A DNA stretch of 64,000 nucleotides from Squalus acanthias. Taxonomy: Eukaryota. Location: the NCBI GenBank assembly GCA_030390025.1, contig CM059432.1:151344001-151408000 (forward strand), in the 5' to 3' direction. Of this stretch, positions 1 to 13,997 are shown one piece after another. Position 1 is the first letter of the stretch; the number at the start of each line of letters is the position of its first letter. The notes beneath the pieces were generated by a model. The model was not told where the DNA came from, did not search any database, and saw nothing but the letters and a program-made list of their open reading frames with translations. Both the position numbers and the translations under genes were made by a program.

Positions 1-1626
1 AAATTGATGATGAGGAGGTATTTGAAAGGCTGGCTGTACTTAAAGTAGATAAGTTACCAGGACCGGATGGGATGCATCCTAGGATGTTGAGGGAGATAAG
101 GGTGGAAATTGCGGAGGTACGGGCCATAATCCTCAAATCTTCCTTGGATACGGGGGTGGTGCCAGAGGACTGGAGAATTGCAAATATTACACCCTTGTTC
201 AAAAAAGGGTGTAAGGATAAACCCAGCAACTACAGGCCAGTCAGTTTATCCTCAGTGGTGGGGAAGCTTTTAGAAACGATAATTAGGGACAAAATTAACA
301 GTCACTTGGACAAGTGTGGATTCATTAAGGAATGCCAGCACGGATTTGTTAAAGGCAAATCGTGTTCAACTAACTTGATTGAGTTTTTTGATAAGGTAAT
401 AGAGAGGGTTGATGAGGGCAATGAGGTTGACGTGGTGTACATGGACTTCCAAAAGGCGTTCGATAAAGTGCCACATAATAGGCTTGCCAGCAAAGTTGAA
501 GCCCATGGAATAAAAGGAACAGTGGCAGCATGGATACGGAATTAGCTAAGTGACAGGAAACAGAGAGTAGTGGTGAACGGTTGTTTTTCGGACTGGAGGA
601 AGGTATGCAGTGGTGTTCCCCAGGGGTCAGTACTAGGACCACTGCTTTTCTAGCTATGTATTAATGACTTGGACGTGGGTGTACAGGGCACAATTTCAAA
701 ATTTGCAGATGACATAAAACTTGGAAGTATAGCGAACAGTGAGGAGGATAGTGATAGACTTCAAGAGGACATAGACAGGCTGGTGAAATGGGCGGACATG
801 TGGCAGATGAAATTTAACGCAGAAAAGTGTGAAGTGATACATTTTAGTAGGAAGAACGAGGAGAGGAAATATAAACTAAAGGGTACAATCCTAAAGGGGT
901 GCATGAACAGAGAGAACTGGGGGTATATGTGCACAAACCTTTGAAGGTGGCAGGGCAGGTTGAGATAGCGGTTAAAAAAAGCATACAGGATCCTGGGCTT
1001 CATAAATAGAGGCATAGAATACAAAAGCAAGGAAGTTATGAACCACCTTTATAAAACACTGGTTCGGCCTTAACTGGAGTATTGTGTCCAATTCTGGGCA
1101 CCGCACTTCAGGAAGAATGTAAAGGCCTTAGAGAGGGTGCAGAAAAGATTTATGAGAATGATTCCAGGGATGAGGGACTTCAATTACGTGGATAGACTGG
1201 AGAAGCTGGGGTTGCTCTCCTTAGAGCAGAGAAGATTGAGAGGAGATTTGATAGAGGTGTTTAAAATCATGAGGGGTCTGGACAGAGTAGATAGAGAGAA
1301 ACTGCTCCCATTGGTGGAAGGGTCGAGAACCAGAGGACACAGATTCAAGGTGATTGGCAGAAAAACCAAAGGCAACATGAGGAAAAGCTTTTTTACGCAG
1401 CAAGTGGTTAGGATCTGGAATGCACTGCCTGAAAAAGTGGTGGAGGCAGATTCAATCGTGGCTTTCAAAAGGGAATTGGATAAGTACCTGAAGGAAAGAA
1501 ATTTGCAGGGCTACGGGGAAAGGGCGGGGGAGTGGGACTAGCTGAAGTGCTCTTGCAGAGAGTGGGCACGGGCTCAACGGGCCCAATGGCCTCCTTCTGT
1601 GCTGTAACTATTTTATGATTCTATGA
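1..1626 (+). mobile_element. CR1-clade LINE, 3' part of ORF2 (RT, broken by stops/frameshifts) and 3' UTR; runs off the window start
   Basis: ORF pieces 72-545, 669-944 and 1137-1541 carry NYRPVSL, QHGF, DFQKAFDKVPH, KFADD and RRLRGDLI. Tail: ...tggcctccttctgtgctgtaac...tatgattctatga. Confidence 0.95.
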
Positions 1627-1702
1627 GCTATTCAACTACGGCAGGCACATCACCCAAACACATTGCACCACACTAACTCACACACTTCCCTTTCTCTTGC
1701 AG

Positions 1703-2985
1703 TCCAAGGTTGCGCATAACAGGAGGGAGCAGCGGCAGACAGGCGGGGGCCAGCTGCCATCCAGGACCTCAGCCAACTGGAAGAGCGAGTGCTGGAGATC
1801 ATTGGACGGCAGATCGTGGAGGCCATGGCATCCGGAGAGGTTGAAGGCCTTGGGGCATCCGGAGAGGTTGAAGGCCTTGGGGGCATCCGGAGAGGTTGAA
1901 GGCCTTGGGGACAGCAACGGAATGCTCATTCCTAATCCTTCTTCTCACATTACAATTACCCCTCGTCCCACAATCTCTTCTCACTTTCAAGCTGCTGGTG
2001 CTGTATGCATGGATATCTTGCTTCCCCCGTCTCCCTCACCATAACCCAACTCTTGTGCCTTTCTGCTTTCAGCGAATCAAGACCACGCACCCGAGCAACC
2101 TGTCCCCAAGGTGATGCAGGAGAGCGAGGGGAGAAAAGAAGAAGAAGACACAGCGTCACTGCATCTGACATTCGCAGACGCCAGCTCAGAAACTGGCACG
2201 GTGCGTACTTTAGAGGCTAGTGTAGAACCGGGATCTGCAGAGGGTGAGGCAACGGGCACGAGTGGGCTGCAGCAAGGCCAGGGGGCAAGGGTAGCTCAGG
2301 GGCCAGCTCCCCGGAGAGCAAGTTCTCGCACGTGTTCTGCTGTACAGGACTCAGATGAGGACCTCGATGGGGCGGCCTTCAGAAGAAGGGTGATGGGCAT
2401 GCACACAGAAATGATGGGTGCAATGGCAAGCCAGCCAGAGAGCCTCTTGGCAATGCCAAGGAGCATGGAGGAGTCCACCTCCAACATTGCCCAGGGCCCT
2501 ACGCAGAGCTTGGAGCCCAGGATTTCCAGGCTGGAAATGATGGAAAACTCCCGAAGAGACCGTGTCGACCCAGACGTGGTGCTGGGTGTGATGGGCAATG
2601 TCACAGCTGCACAGGCAGAAGCGAACCAACGCCTTAGTGCTGCAGCAGAAGCACAGACCGCTCTCATGCAGTCTCAGCTTGCTGCCAGCCATGCTCAGAC
2701 TGCTTCCATCGTGGCTGGGTTTACCACTGTCAAGCGGGGCTTTTAAGATGTCACAGCAGCCCGGCATACTGTGCTCCAACAGATTTCTAGGAATGATGAG
2801 GTGCTGTCCTGGGACAATGACAGTGGGTCAGTGGAGCAGGAACCTGCTGTTCTCTCTCAGGATGACAGCATTCCTACTCCCACCACTGCCACTCTGCCAT
2901 TGCCCTTGCTGCTGCCCGTCAGCCAGCCAGCCCAGATTGCTGCCGCCCATGCTGAGGTGGTGCAGTCTACAGCTGGGCCTTCTAG
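1703..2985 (+). pseudogene. Harbinger Myb/SANT-like (MSANTD/NAIF1-like) gene, later exons
   Basis: Acceptor tttctcttgcag precedes SKVAHNRREQRQTGGG. A second acceptor lies at 2071-2072. ORFs 2111-2746 and 2771- are in the same frame, separated by a premature TAA. Confidence 0.75.
1827..1910 (+). repeat. Three tandem copies of a 27-28 bp unit inside the Myb-like exon
   Basis: ggcatccggagaggttgaaggccttgg(g) x3. Confidence 0.9.
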
Positions 2986-3336
2986 ATCCTTCTGGAAGGG
3001 TCCACTAGCAAAGAAATTGAGGGCCACGGTGACCTTGAGGGCCACTGGGAGAGCTGTCGTCACCCTGCTCTCAGGCTGCAGGTCTGGTTGCAGGAGGTGG
3101 CAGAGTTCTGTGACAACTTCCTTACTGAAGCGGAGCCTCCTAATACACTGCTCCTGGCTTAAGTGGATATAAGAGAAGTGATCGCGACAGACCCTAGGTG
3201 GGTAAGGCCTCCTGTTGAGAGTCCTCCTGGCCCCCCTCCTCCTCCCTCTGTGAGCATCTTCTCCTCTTCTTCGCTGCCTCCGCTCCCTCTCCCGAAGATA
3301 CTCGAGCGCGAGGAGGACGGCCAGTAGAGCCACCAT
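2986..3336 (-). pseudogene. HARBI1-like Harbinger transposase, N-terminal part only (DDE core deleted)
   Basis: RRPYPPRV..DHFSYIHLSQEQCIRRLRFSKEVVTELCHLLQPDLQP...ALPVALKVTVALNFFASGPFQ in ORF 2857-3363. Confidence 0.85.
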
Positions 3337-3834
3337 GACTGGGAGCAAGTGTTGTGAGCACAAGCCTTTAAATAATAATGAAGATGTTCTCCACTTGCAA
3401 CAACATTCCCTGTTACCGTAGGACCTTGACAGAAGTTAATAAAGCTGCTGGAATTGCAGAAAGTTGCACAGAGCCAGTCAAACTGCAGAAACATGTCAGG
3501 TGCAAGTAGTTGCTGATGATCCCTTTAAATATCACTGCTGGAGGCTCCTTCCTGCTTCTCAACACTTGCTCAGCTCGTTGCACTTAAGGCATGCGGGTAA
3601 GTGGAGCGGCGAAGTCGAAACTCGCAGAGGGCATCAAGTGAGCATTGCACACTCACTGACGTCATGATCTGCCTAATCTACATATCCTTAGTGAGCACGG
3701 ACATCAGCAGCGCTGCCGGCCATTCAAAAATGGCGGCCGCCACAGGACCCGCCAACAGCGGGCAGAAGAGTGGCGGCTGCCATTTTTTCCCAAATCTGGC
3801 GGTAACGGGTGGCGCAAAACGCTTGAATTGCTAG

Positions 3835-6800
3835 GACTTTGTGTCTTCCTCACAGCTTACTGTCCCACCTAGCTTTGTATCATCAGCAAACTTGGATACA
3901 TTACACTCGATCCCTTCATCTAAGTCATTAATAGAGATTGTAAATAGCTGAGACCCAAGCATTGATCCTTGCAGCACCCCACTAGTTACAGCCTGCCAAT
4001 CGGAAAATGACCCATTTATTCCTACTCTCTGCTTTCTGTCCATTAACCAATCCATGCTAATATATTAACCCTAACTCCATTAGCCCTTATCTTGCGTAGC
4101 AACCTTTTATGCGGCACCTTATCGAATGCCTTTTGGAAATCTAAATATACTATATCCACTGGTTCCCCTTTATCTACCCTGCTAGTTACATCCTCAAAAA
4201 ACTCTAATAAATTTGTTAAACATGATTTCCCTTTCATAAAACCATGTTGACTCTGCTTCATCATATTATGATTTTCTAAGTGCCCTGTTACCACTTCCTT
4301 AATAATGGATTCCAGCATTTTCCCGACGATTTTTTTTGAGGATGTAACTGGGAAAATAGATAAGGGAGAACCAGTAGATGTGGTGTATTTGGACTTTCAA
4401 AAGGCTTTCGATAAGGTCCCGCATAAGAGATTAGCGGGTAAAGTTAAGGCACATGGGATTGTGGGCAAGGTATTGACTTGGATAGAGAACTGGTTGGCGG
4501 ACAGAAAGCAGAGAGTAGGAATTAATGGGTCTTTTTCCGAGTGGCAAGCAGTGACTAGTGGGGTACCGCAGGGATCGGTCCTTGGACCCCAGCTATTCAC
4601 AATATACATTAATGATCTAGATAAGGGAATTAAATGTAATATCTCCAAGTTTGCAGATGACACAAAGCTGGGTGGGAGTGTGTGCAGCGAGGAGGATAGC
4701 GAGAAACTCCAGGATGATCTGGACAGGTTGGGTGAGTGGGCAGAAGCGTGGCAGATGCAATATAACGTGGATAAGTGCGAGGTTATCCACTTTGGTGTCA
4801 AAAACAGAAAGGCAGACTATTATCTGAATGGCAATAGATTGGGAGAAGGGGAAGTGCAACGAGACCTGGGTGTCCTTGTGCACCAGTCGCTGAAAGTAAG
4901 CATGCAGGTGCAGCAGGCGGTGAAGAAGGCAAATGGTATGTTGGCCTTCATAGCGAAAGGGTTTGAGTATAGGAACAGGGATGTCCTGCTGCAGTTGTAC
5001 AGGGCCTTGGTGAGACCACACCTTGAGTACTGTGTGCAGTTTTGGTCGCCTTATCTGAGGAAGGATGTTCTTGCCATGGAAGGAGTTCAGCGAAGATTCA
5101 CAAGGCTGATACCTGGGATGGCAGGAATGACATATGAGGAGAGATTGGGTCGATTGGGCTTATACTCACTGGAGTATAGAAGAATGAGAGGGGATCTCAT
5201 CGAAACATATAAAATTCTGACAGGTCTGGACAAACTAAATGCAGGAAGAATGTTCCCGATGGTCGGAGAGTCCAGAACCAGGGGTCATAATCTACGGATA
5301 ACGGGTAAACCATTTAGGACAGAAATGAGGAAGAATTTCTTCACCCAGAGAGTGGTGAACCTGTGGAATTCTCTACCACAGAAGGTAGTTGAGGCGAAGT
5401 CATTAAATATATTCAAGGATGAGTTAGATATATTTCTTAAAGCTAAAGGTATCAAGGGATATGGGGAGAAGGCAGGTACAGGGTACTGAGTTTAGATGAT
5501 CAGCCATGATCTCATCGAATGGCGGAGCAGGCTCAAGGGGCCGAATGGCCTACTCCTGCTCCTATCTTCTATGTTTCTATGTTTTCTATGACTGATGTCA
5601 GATTAACTGGCCTATAGTTCCCTGTTTTCTCTCTCCATCCTTTCCTGAATAGTGGGGTTGCATTTGCTAGCTTCCAATCCTCTGGGTCCATTTTAGAACC
5701 TAGGGAATTTTGGAAGATCAAAACCAATGCATCCACTATCTCTGTAGCCACCTCTTTTAGAACCCTAGGATGTAGGCCATCAGGTCCTGGGGATTTGTTA
5801 GCTTTTAGTCCTATTAGTTTCTCAAGTATGTTTTCTCTACTGATATTAATTACTTTAAGTTCCTCGTTCTCATTAGACCCTTGGTTCCCTACTATTTTTG
5901 GTATACTTTTTGTGTTCTACTGTGATGACAGATATAAAATAATTGTTTAAAGTCTTTGCCATTTCCTTATTCCCCATTACAATTTCACCTGTCTCAGCCT
6001 CTAAGGGACCAATGTTTACTTTTGCTACTCTCTTCCTTTTTACATACTTGTAAAAGCTCTTACAATCCATTTTTATATTTTTTCCTAGTTTACTCTCATT
6101 CTATTTTCTCCCTTTTTATAAATTTTTTGGTCATCCTTTGCTGGTTTCTAAAGCTCTCCCAATCCTCAGGCTTACTATTATTCTTCACAGCATTATAAGC
6201 CTCTTCTTTTAATCTAATGCTATTTTTAACTTCTTTAGTTAGTCACGGATGGATCACTTTTCCCGTGGAGTTTTTATTTCTCAATGGAATGTATATTCGT
6301 TGAGAATTTTAGAATATTTCTTTAAATGTTTGCCACTGCTTATCTACCGTCATACCTTTTAATCTAATTTCCCAATCTACCTTAGCCAACTCACCCCTCA
6401 TACCTATGTAATTGGCTTTATTTAAGTTTAAGACTCTAGTTTTGGATTTAAGTATTTCACTCTCAAACTCAATGTGAAATTCTATCATATTATGATTACT
6501 CTTCCCCGGAGGATTGTTTATCATGAGATTAGTAATTAACCCTGTCTCATTACACAATACAAGATATAAAATAGCCTGTTCCCTGGTTGGTTCCACAACG
6601 TATTGTTCTAGGAAACTGTCTCGAACGCATTCCATGAACTCGTCTTCCAGACTACCTTTGCCAATTTGATTTGGCCAGTCTATATGAAGATTAAAGTCCC
6701 CCACAATTATTATATTACCTTTGTCACAAGCACCTATTATTTGTTGATAATACTCTGTCCAACGGTATAGCTACTGTTAGGGATCCTATAAACTACTCCC

Positions 6801-7066
6801 ACCAGTGTTTCTGCCCCTTGTTATTTCTTATCTCCACCCATACTGATTCTACTTCCTGATCTTCCGAGCCAAGATTCTTTCTCACTACTGTCTTTATGTC
6901 AACCTTTATTATCAGGGCTACCCACCTACTTTTCCATTCTATCTGTCTTTTCGAAGTGTCAAGTACCCTGGACTATTTAGTTCCCAACCTTGGTCACCTT
7001 GCAAGCATGCCTCTGTAATGGCTATTCGATCAAAGCCATTTATCTCTATTTGTGCCACTAATTCGT
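3835..7066 (-). mobile_element. Degraded CR1 LINE (endonuclease to RT), split by a younger CR1
   Basis: Minus-strand ORF pieces: NELVAQIEING..ITE, MGDFN, NYRPVNLT, QHGF, KFADD. The host sequence rejoins as ttcccgacga|ctgatgtcag. Confidence 0.9.
4330..5590 (+). mobile_element. Young 5'-truncated CR1 LINE (RT C-terminal half and 3' tail)
   Basis: Uninterrupted frame to 5489 ([15 protein letters not shown]). Tail: ...ggcctactcctgctcctatcttctatgtttctatg. Confidence 0.95.
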
Positions 7067-7859
7067 TAGCTTCCCACCAATAGACAGAACACACCTGCAA
7101 TTTCTCGAGTGGCACGCCCTGCAAATGCTGTTCCCCACCATTAGCACCAGATTGCAGAAGTATCCCTTAACTGGACACTTCTAATAAATAATTAATATTC
7201 TCTCCTCCCCAAATCTGCTTGCTTTTCCACATTTTTCTAAAGGATAAAGCAGTTAAAATATGGCACTGGGCTGGCATGAGCAGAGAGATAGAGCAGGCAC
7301 TAAAGGAGTAGTATTGTGGAATGCAAAGAATCAGGGTACAATAGTGAAGAGATTCGGAACTTTTTGTTCCGTTTTTTGGTGGGGAGGAGTCTGGTGTGAA
7401 TCTTCTTGGAAATGTCTACTCTGGTTATTTAGCTCCCTCTAGGGGTTGAGTCCATGATTGTGCAAAGCATCTACTGGAATCAGCAGGCTCAATGGGCATA
7501 TGGCTTTTCTTTGTCTCATATTTTCTCATGTTTTATGAAAAAAATGCATTGTATAGGAATTTTGAATAATTAAAAATTGAATAATTAAAAAGAATATTGT
7601 GGGCATTGGGAATTATGGATATGTTTTTAAACTTAGAACACTCTGAAAGTGGTTATATTTTGATATTCCATGCTAAAATTTATGTAAAGTTTGCTTTATG
7701 AAAACGAATGAAAAACAACAGTCGACCTGTAGACACAGACAAAGGTAACACCAGCGAACATATACAGATCTCAGACTCTTTTGTATCAGGTAGTCTTATT
7801 TTTGGAAACCTGTGTACATTTATTAATTCTGTCAGCTACCTGCTGCTTATTGCATCGGG

Positions 7860-8182
7860 AGAAATTGTTCCCAATGGCAAGTTGTTCTGTAACCAGAGGA
7901 CACAGATTTAAGGTCATTGGCAAAAGAATCAGAGGGGAGATGAGGAGAATGTTTTAACGCAGCGAGTTGTGATCTGGAATGCGCTGTCTGGAAGGACGGT
8001 GGAAGCAGATTTAATAGATACTTTCAAAAGGGAATTAGATAAATAATTGAAAAACAAAAATTGCAGGGCTATTAGGAAAAAGCGGGGAGAGTGGGACTAA
8101 TTGGATAGCTCTTTCAAAGAGGTGGCACAGGCATGATAGGCCGAATAGCCTCCTTCTGTGCTGTATGATTCTATGTTCTATG
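7860..8182 (+). mobile_element. CR1 3' fragment
   Basis: Similar to 1300-1626; tail ctatgattctatgttctatg. Confidence 0.85.
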
Positions 8183-10033
8183 CATCTCTCTTTGTTTGGG
8201 AGCATTAAAGGGGTTTCAGACTCCCCCAAAGTGTTGATATTAAGAACGATTTTGCAGTAGCTCCTCAGTGGCAGTGAATTGGGAAGTGTGCGAGTACATC
8301 TCGCATTGGGAGCGTGTCGGGGTGACCTCCCACTATTTTCCGACACCCCTCCTTTAAATAATTAAGCAATGCTACCAGCGCAGATTAGTTTGGGAGCTGG
8401 TGACATGGAGGTCAGTGGAAGCATACTGTATCCAGTGTAACAGCACTAAGGTTCAGCAAGGAGGCTTTACTGTATCCTATTTCAACCACACCTCTAAACA
8501 TCCTCTCAAACACCCACTGTAGTCTCGATCCAGGTGAAAGCCCCCAATTTTTATGCTAGAGGGTCCTTTCAGGCTGCAAGTGCTGACTTCTGCGACATTA
8601 CTCAATTTGCAGCCATTTGCTCTGATAGACTAGAAGACTAGCAAAAGATGACCAACAGCTTCAAAAAAGCTAACAAAGGGCTGACCACTCAGAAAGAGAT
8701 CTGAATACAGACTTATGACAGATGAAGGCAAGGAGTTATACTGAAGGTGCAATTGGACACAGGCTTGGCATAACCAATGCTGCAGATATACCCAATATTC
8801 AATCACTTTTATTGCAGTACACAAAGTATTGATGGGCACTTTCACTTTTGCCATCCAGCAATAGCATCAAAGAGATCAGGTACAACATGGCTAGATGCAG
8901 AGTAAATCTTCCTTTACTCTGCCCCACCAAAATGCTTTAACCCAAACCTCAGAAGCGCACCAGTGTGAATATTTCCATTTCCCACATCAGCCATGCCTAT
9001 GTGATAACTCTAATTTAATATGTCAAGTTACAGGTAGTTTTCTGCGCCTTTCTGAATAGGGTTGAGGCGACCAAACTCGTTTCGCTCAAGATTCTACTAT
9101 CCATTTGAAAGTGGAGACTTCACACCATTGCTTTCGGGTGAATTTAAACGCAGGTCCCAAGAATGAAAATGGAATGGTCCAACCCAAAGCAGCATTGTTT
9201 CCATAGTACCCAGTACCATTACATCATTACTACATCGTTACTGAGTTTAGTCACATCGCTATGAGCTTGTTGCTGTTAAATAGAAGCTAGCAGCTCCCAA
9301 TAGGGAAAGGAGGAAAAGCAGATGGCAAATCACTATTGGCATTGGTTTCTTGGCCCTTGGTCAGAGTGGTATTGGAGGAGGCCGAGGAGTAGGTTATTTG
9401 CCTGGCCAATCAGCTACAAATGATACATACCTGGAGAGACCAGAGGTGAGAAAATGGCAGGGGGCAGGGAGGGTTAAAAATCCAACATTTTCCCCTTTAA
9501 ATTGATTTGTTAATTTTCCCTTACTATATAGTGTTTAGTCTTGTGTTCCTGTAAATTATGTTATTATTAATTAAACACCCTGCCAAGGATGTACAATGTT
9601 ATGGTTACATTTGTCAGCTTCTCTGTGAAAAACTCTGTGCTTATTCTCTCTGTTAGTGACATAGTCAAGATTCACTGTATGTGTTCACATTACTGTTCTC
9701 TGTAAATTGTTTCAATCTGATTCTTAAATACTTCTCAAAATAGTGCTGATTTGAAAAATAAGCACACTTCCTGTTCCATAAAATAACAGATCCAGTTTGC
9801 AGTCGGATGTGTATGTTATAAGTCTTTCATACTTTTGTAAATTGTTGTAATTTTCTCTTTTTATCAGAAGGGAAAGGACATTAAATTGAGCAAATGAGTT
9901 GTGTTTGACTAACAGGGGGAGTAGCTCTTATTTGTTAAGGTTAAAAATGTGAAGCAATCTGTCAAAGGCATGTGGTATAACGCAGAAGGGCTGGCTGAAA
10001 CCCAAATCTGCTGAAAATGTAATGCCAAACTAG

Positions 10034-10472
10034 TTGGAGAGATTGGGTCGATTAGGCTTGTATTCGCTAGAGTTTAGAAGAATGAGAGGGGGTCTTATTG
10101 AAACTTATAAAATTCTAACAGGACTAGACAGACTAGATGCAGGAAGGATGTTCCCGATGGCGGGGGAGTCCAGAACCAGGGGTTACAGTCTAAGGATAAG
10201 GGGTAAGCCATTTAGGACTGAGATGAGGAGGAATTTCTTCACCCAGAGAGTGGTGAACCTGTGGAATTCTCTACCACAGAAGGCAGTTGAGGCCAATTCA
10301 TTAAATATATTCAAGAAGGAGTTAGATATATTTCTTAAGGCTAAAGGGATCAAGGGATATGGGGAGAAAGCAGGGACAGGGTACTGAATTTGGATGATCA
10401 GCCATGATCTCATTAAATGGCGGAACAGGCTCGAGGGGCCGAATGGCCTACTCCTGCTCCTATCTGCTATGG
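10034..10472 (+). mobile_element. CR1 3' fragment
   Basis: ERLGRLGLYSLEFRRMRG...GYGEKAGTGY* followed by the CR1 tail hairpin. Confidence 0.92.
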
Positions 10473-13400
10473 TGCATATGTCATGTATGTAAAGTCACCT
10501 TGAAAAACAAGTCCTGCTTTATGTAGCTCACCCAACAACAATCATGGAACAGGACTGGAGATTTTCCAGCCTGATGCACTGGCTATTTGCATTAAATGTT
10601 GTTAATTTGTCACCAGCTACCATTCAGGGGGATTAACCTCTGAATGGAAACTGCCACCAACTCCAACTCCAATTCAGAATCCCACAGAGTAGATAGTCCT
10701 GGACTGCAGCTTGCTACAGGTGAAGTGAATGCCACCATGTGCTGTGTGATAGAACCCCACATCTTCAGGTCCTGAAAAGTGCTGGTCCTCAACCATCTCT
10801 ATGGAAACACACTCCTTGTAACACATTTCATTCGTCAGCACATACCATTGCTGTGATCTTGTGGTGTCACTTGTTAGTCAAACACAACTCATTTGCTCAA
10901 TTTAATGTCCTTTCCCTTCTGATAAAAAGAGAAAATTACAACAGTTTACAAAAGTATGATGTGTGACAAATTTATAGAGAGTAGAAAAAACTGCATTGTT
11001 GGGTACTAATCTACAGATGTGCATTAGCAACTTGCATGATCCTCTTCAATGGGCTTCATGGATTGGCAGCCCATGATATCCAAGGTCATTTCATTTAGGG
11101 GAGTTTAGCGACTTCAGTTGGAGTGTCGGCACCAGTTGAAAGCTGCTCCTTTTGATTTTCAAATTCTTTTGCCTGCAATCATAAAGAGATTGGTGAAGAG
11201 CTGACTGTTTTAATGGCCCTGCCATTGGTGTCTCTCAAAACAAGGAACAGGTTGGCTGCACCAGTCTGCACATTTTTGTATGTTGCTGAGAGCACAAGAA
11301 CATGCTACATGCAAGTGGGTGCCACTGGAGACTATTTTGCCCATATCACGATCATTGGAAGGTTTGTTGGGAATTTGGAAGATGTGTTATGCTTGACTGA
11401 TTGTTTGAGAAAGGCTAATGGGTTCCCACATGGTCAGCATGCATCGAATCGGGATGCAGCTGGTGAAACAGGTGCATTCACCAAACACTAACCTTAGCAA
11501 ACTTCTTCACTGTGTTAAACCTCCTCCTCTGAGCCAAGGGTTTCCTAATCACAGAAACTGCTCAGCCACTTCTTCCCACACAGCTCCTTTCTAAAGAGGG
11601 TGCCTCTCCGACCCAAAGATGGCAACGCTCATTTGCTTGACCTCTCTCAGCATTATTCCAAGGCTCTGTCTGTAAAGAAAGCAGCCCTCACCCCTTCCTT
11701 GGCCGTCACCCTCTCCTCTGACACCTTTCAAACTGCAGCCAAAAGCAGTTGGCAGCACTTTAACAGTACAGAAAGTGCAGATGCCCATTTAAGACAATTG
11801 GGTGGGGTGTAAAATGGGCTGCACATTCACTATTGCCCGTTTTGCGCTACCGCCCAAGATCAATGTCACACTCCATATTCCTTAAGTTCCAACCACACTA
11901 TCGTCTTTCAGATACACTGCGATACTGTGAAGCACTCTACATGCCCATATTGTTGCTCTTGCAGTTTATGAATCGTTGCCTTGCAACATAAAGAGGTAAA
12001 TTTTCATCCTTGTTGCTCCTGGCACAGAGATTTCTGGGGCGCCCGCCACACAGTTTGCCATCCATTAATTTTAATGGCGGATCCGCAGTACTCCAGGGCA
12101 CTGTTGATGAATGACCAGCCAGCCTGGCTCACTAATAGTACCTGGTAGCTAGCATTGGGTGGGCAGGGGCAAGAATCTTCCCACTTGGCTCCAGGTAACC
12201 GAACAAGTTAATGCTCTAACAGGTAGGCTGATCCTAACTGAGCAAGCACTGGAAAGCTTACTAGTGCTGGTAAGCTGCGCAGTTTTAACTAGCTAGATGC
12301 TAGGTGTACGTTTGGGGATCCCTAAGGCTTGACTCTGCCAACCTGTGCGTGAGCTCTCTGTCCCTAGGTATGCCGTGAGTCCCTATGGGAAAAGAGTGTG
12401 TGCTCCATATTGGGTAAACAGAAATTCTATAGGTGGAAATTTATCAGCAGCTTGGTTTGCAGACTATTAAATAACGGGATGGGTTTCTGCACATCAAACA
12501 ACCACTGACCAAAAAAAAATCTTCCAAAAACACCTCCACTGCTGCATCAGGACTCCATCATCAACAACAACTGGCATTTATATAGTGCCTTTAATGTAGT
12601 AAACCGTCCCAAGGCTCTGTCTGTGAGGCGGATGCATCCTCACACTGTGTAATGCTGAACAATTGTTGCAAAACTTTTTTGTGCACCCTTCTTTAAACAG
12701 TTGCGGCTAGCCTCTAAATGCTTGCAGCCGCGCGTGATATCCCGTTTTCAAAAATAGCGAGCGCCCAGTGCCTCACGCAGCTAGCGGGCACAATACTGTC
12801 ACCAGGGGTTCCGTACTCCAATCAGAACATCTACACTAATGGTCCTACATTTTGCACCAAAAGGCGTGCCAATCCCACTGCTGCCTCCCACACTGAGCAA
12901 TCGCAGCGTTTACCAGGGCTGCTCACCAAATCTCTCGCATCTTCCTGCCGGGACTATTTCTACAGTTGTGTCCTGGCCATTTTACAACACGTGTCTCATT
13001 GTGATTTTCTTCTGGCTGAATGTAAACTGGAAATGTCAGGTTTTACTTGAAATCTGTAGTTGCTATGGCAATGAAAATAGAGCAGGTGCACAGGAAGTCA
13101 TAATGTACTAAACAGCAGTTGTTCTGTGACTTTGATATGCAAATTGCCTTGTTCTGGGTTTATTTATAGAAGGTAATAATTAATCTGAGAACTTTCATTT
13201 CATTGAGGGAAATGCATTATGATTAGCAAGCATCCTAATTATCTCCTGTATTGAAAATTTTCGGGTTTGTAGCAGCATCTGATGAATTAAAGTGTGAACT
13301 TTTGGATTGTTGCAGCTTTCACGCTGAAAATTATTAATACATATATGACAAGCTCTTTATATATAACACACTGTAGCACTGAAAGCTCAAGGCAGGGGGC

Positions 13401-13811
13401 TGTCAAAGAAACAAGCAGGTCCCTATCACAGGACTTCTTTCCTGAGAGATAAAAGTTCTCCTTTCTTGTAGATCCTGCTGCATGGCTGATTTATCTCTGA
13501 CTGAGGGGGCAATTGCTCAGAGCTCCCCACAAGGAGGTTAACAAGAGCAGCCCTTTGTGGAGTCAATTTTATGATTTAATGCTCCTGCACCGAGTTTTGC
13601 ACATTGGGAATTCGGGCGCACAGAGGTCAGCATGTGAGATTCAGGGCCCGCACGATTTTCTGCCCATTAGGTTTTCCCTGGAATTTTCTTCCTATTAACA
13701 GTAATGGACGGTAAATCGTGCTGGCCATGAAACAGATCTGAATTCCAACATGTGCAAAGCTCTGCATCAGGTGTTCAAAACGCCCTTTGAAAATACAAAC
13801 ATAGGAGGACA

Positions 13812-13980
13812 TGGATAGATTTCAAGACACAAGGGGCATCAAGGGGTATGGGGGAGAGAGCGGGAATATGGTATTGAGATAGAGGATCAGCCATGATCAT
13901 ATTGAATGGTGGAGCAGGCTCGAAGGGCCGAATGGCCTACTCCTGCTCCTATTTTTCTATGTTTTTCTCTGTTTCTATAT
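13812..13980 (+). mobile_element. CR1 3' tail fragment
   Basis: gatcagccatgatc...ggagcaggctcgaagggccgaatggcctactcctgctcc. Confidence 0.85.
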
Positions 13981-13997
13981 CATTCACTGCACTTTCT

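Larger units (their letters stand above)
1627..3834. mobile_element. PIF/Harbinger DNA transposon remnant with convergent Myb-like and transposase genes, internally deleted
   Basis: Myb-like exons on +, HARBI1-like N-terminus on -, then a GC-rich subterminal region ending ...ttgaattgctagg. Confidence 0.85.

Noticed and set aside
4397..5021. Antisense ORFs opposite CR1 RT (recurring across the window)
   Set aside because: Shadow frames produced by LINE codon bias.
11000..12960. ORFs 11213-11491 and 12718-13050
   Set aside because: No recognisable motifs; probably eroded Harbinger-like debris whose boundaries I cannot support.
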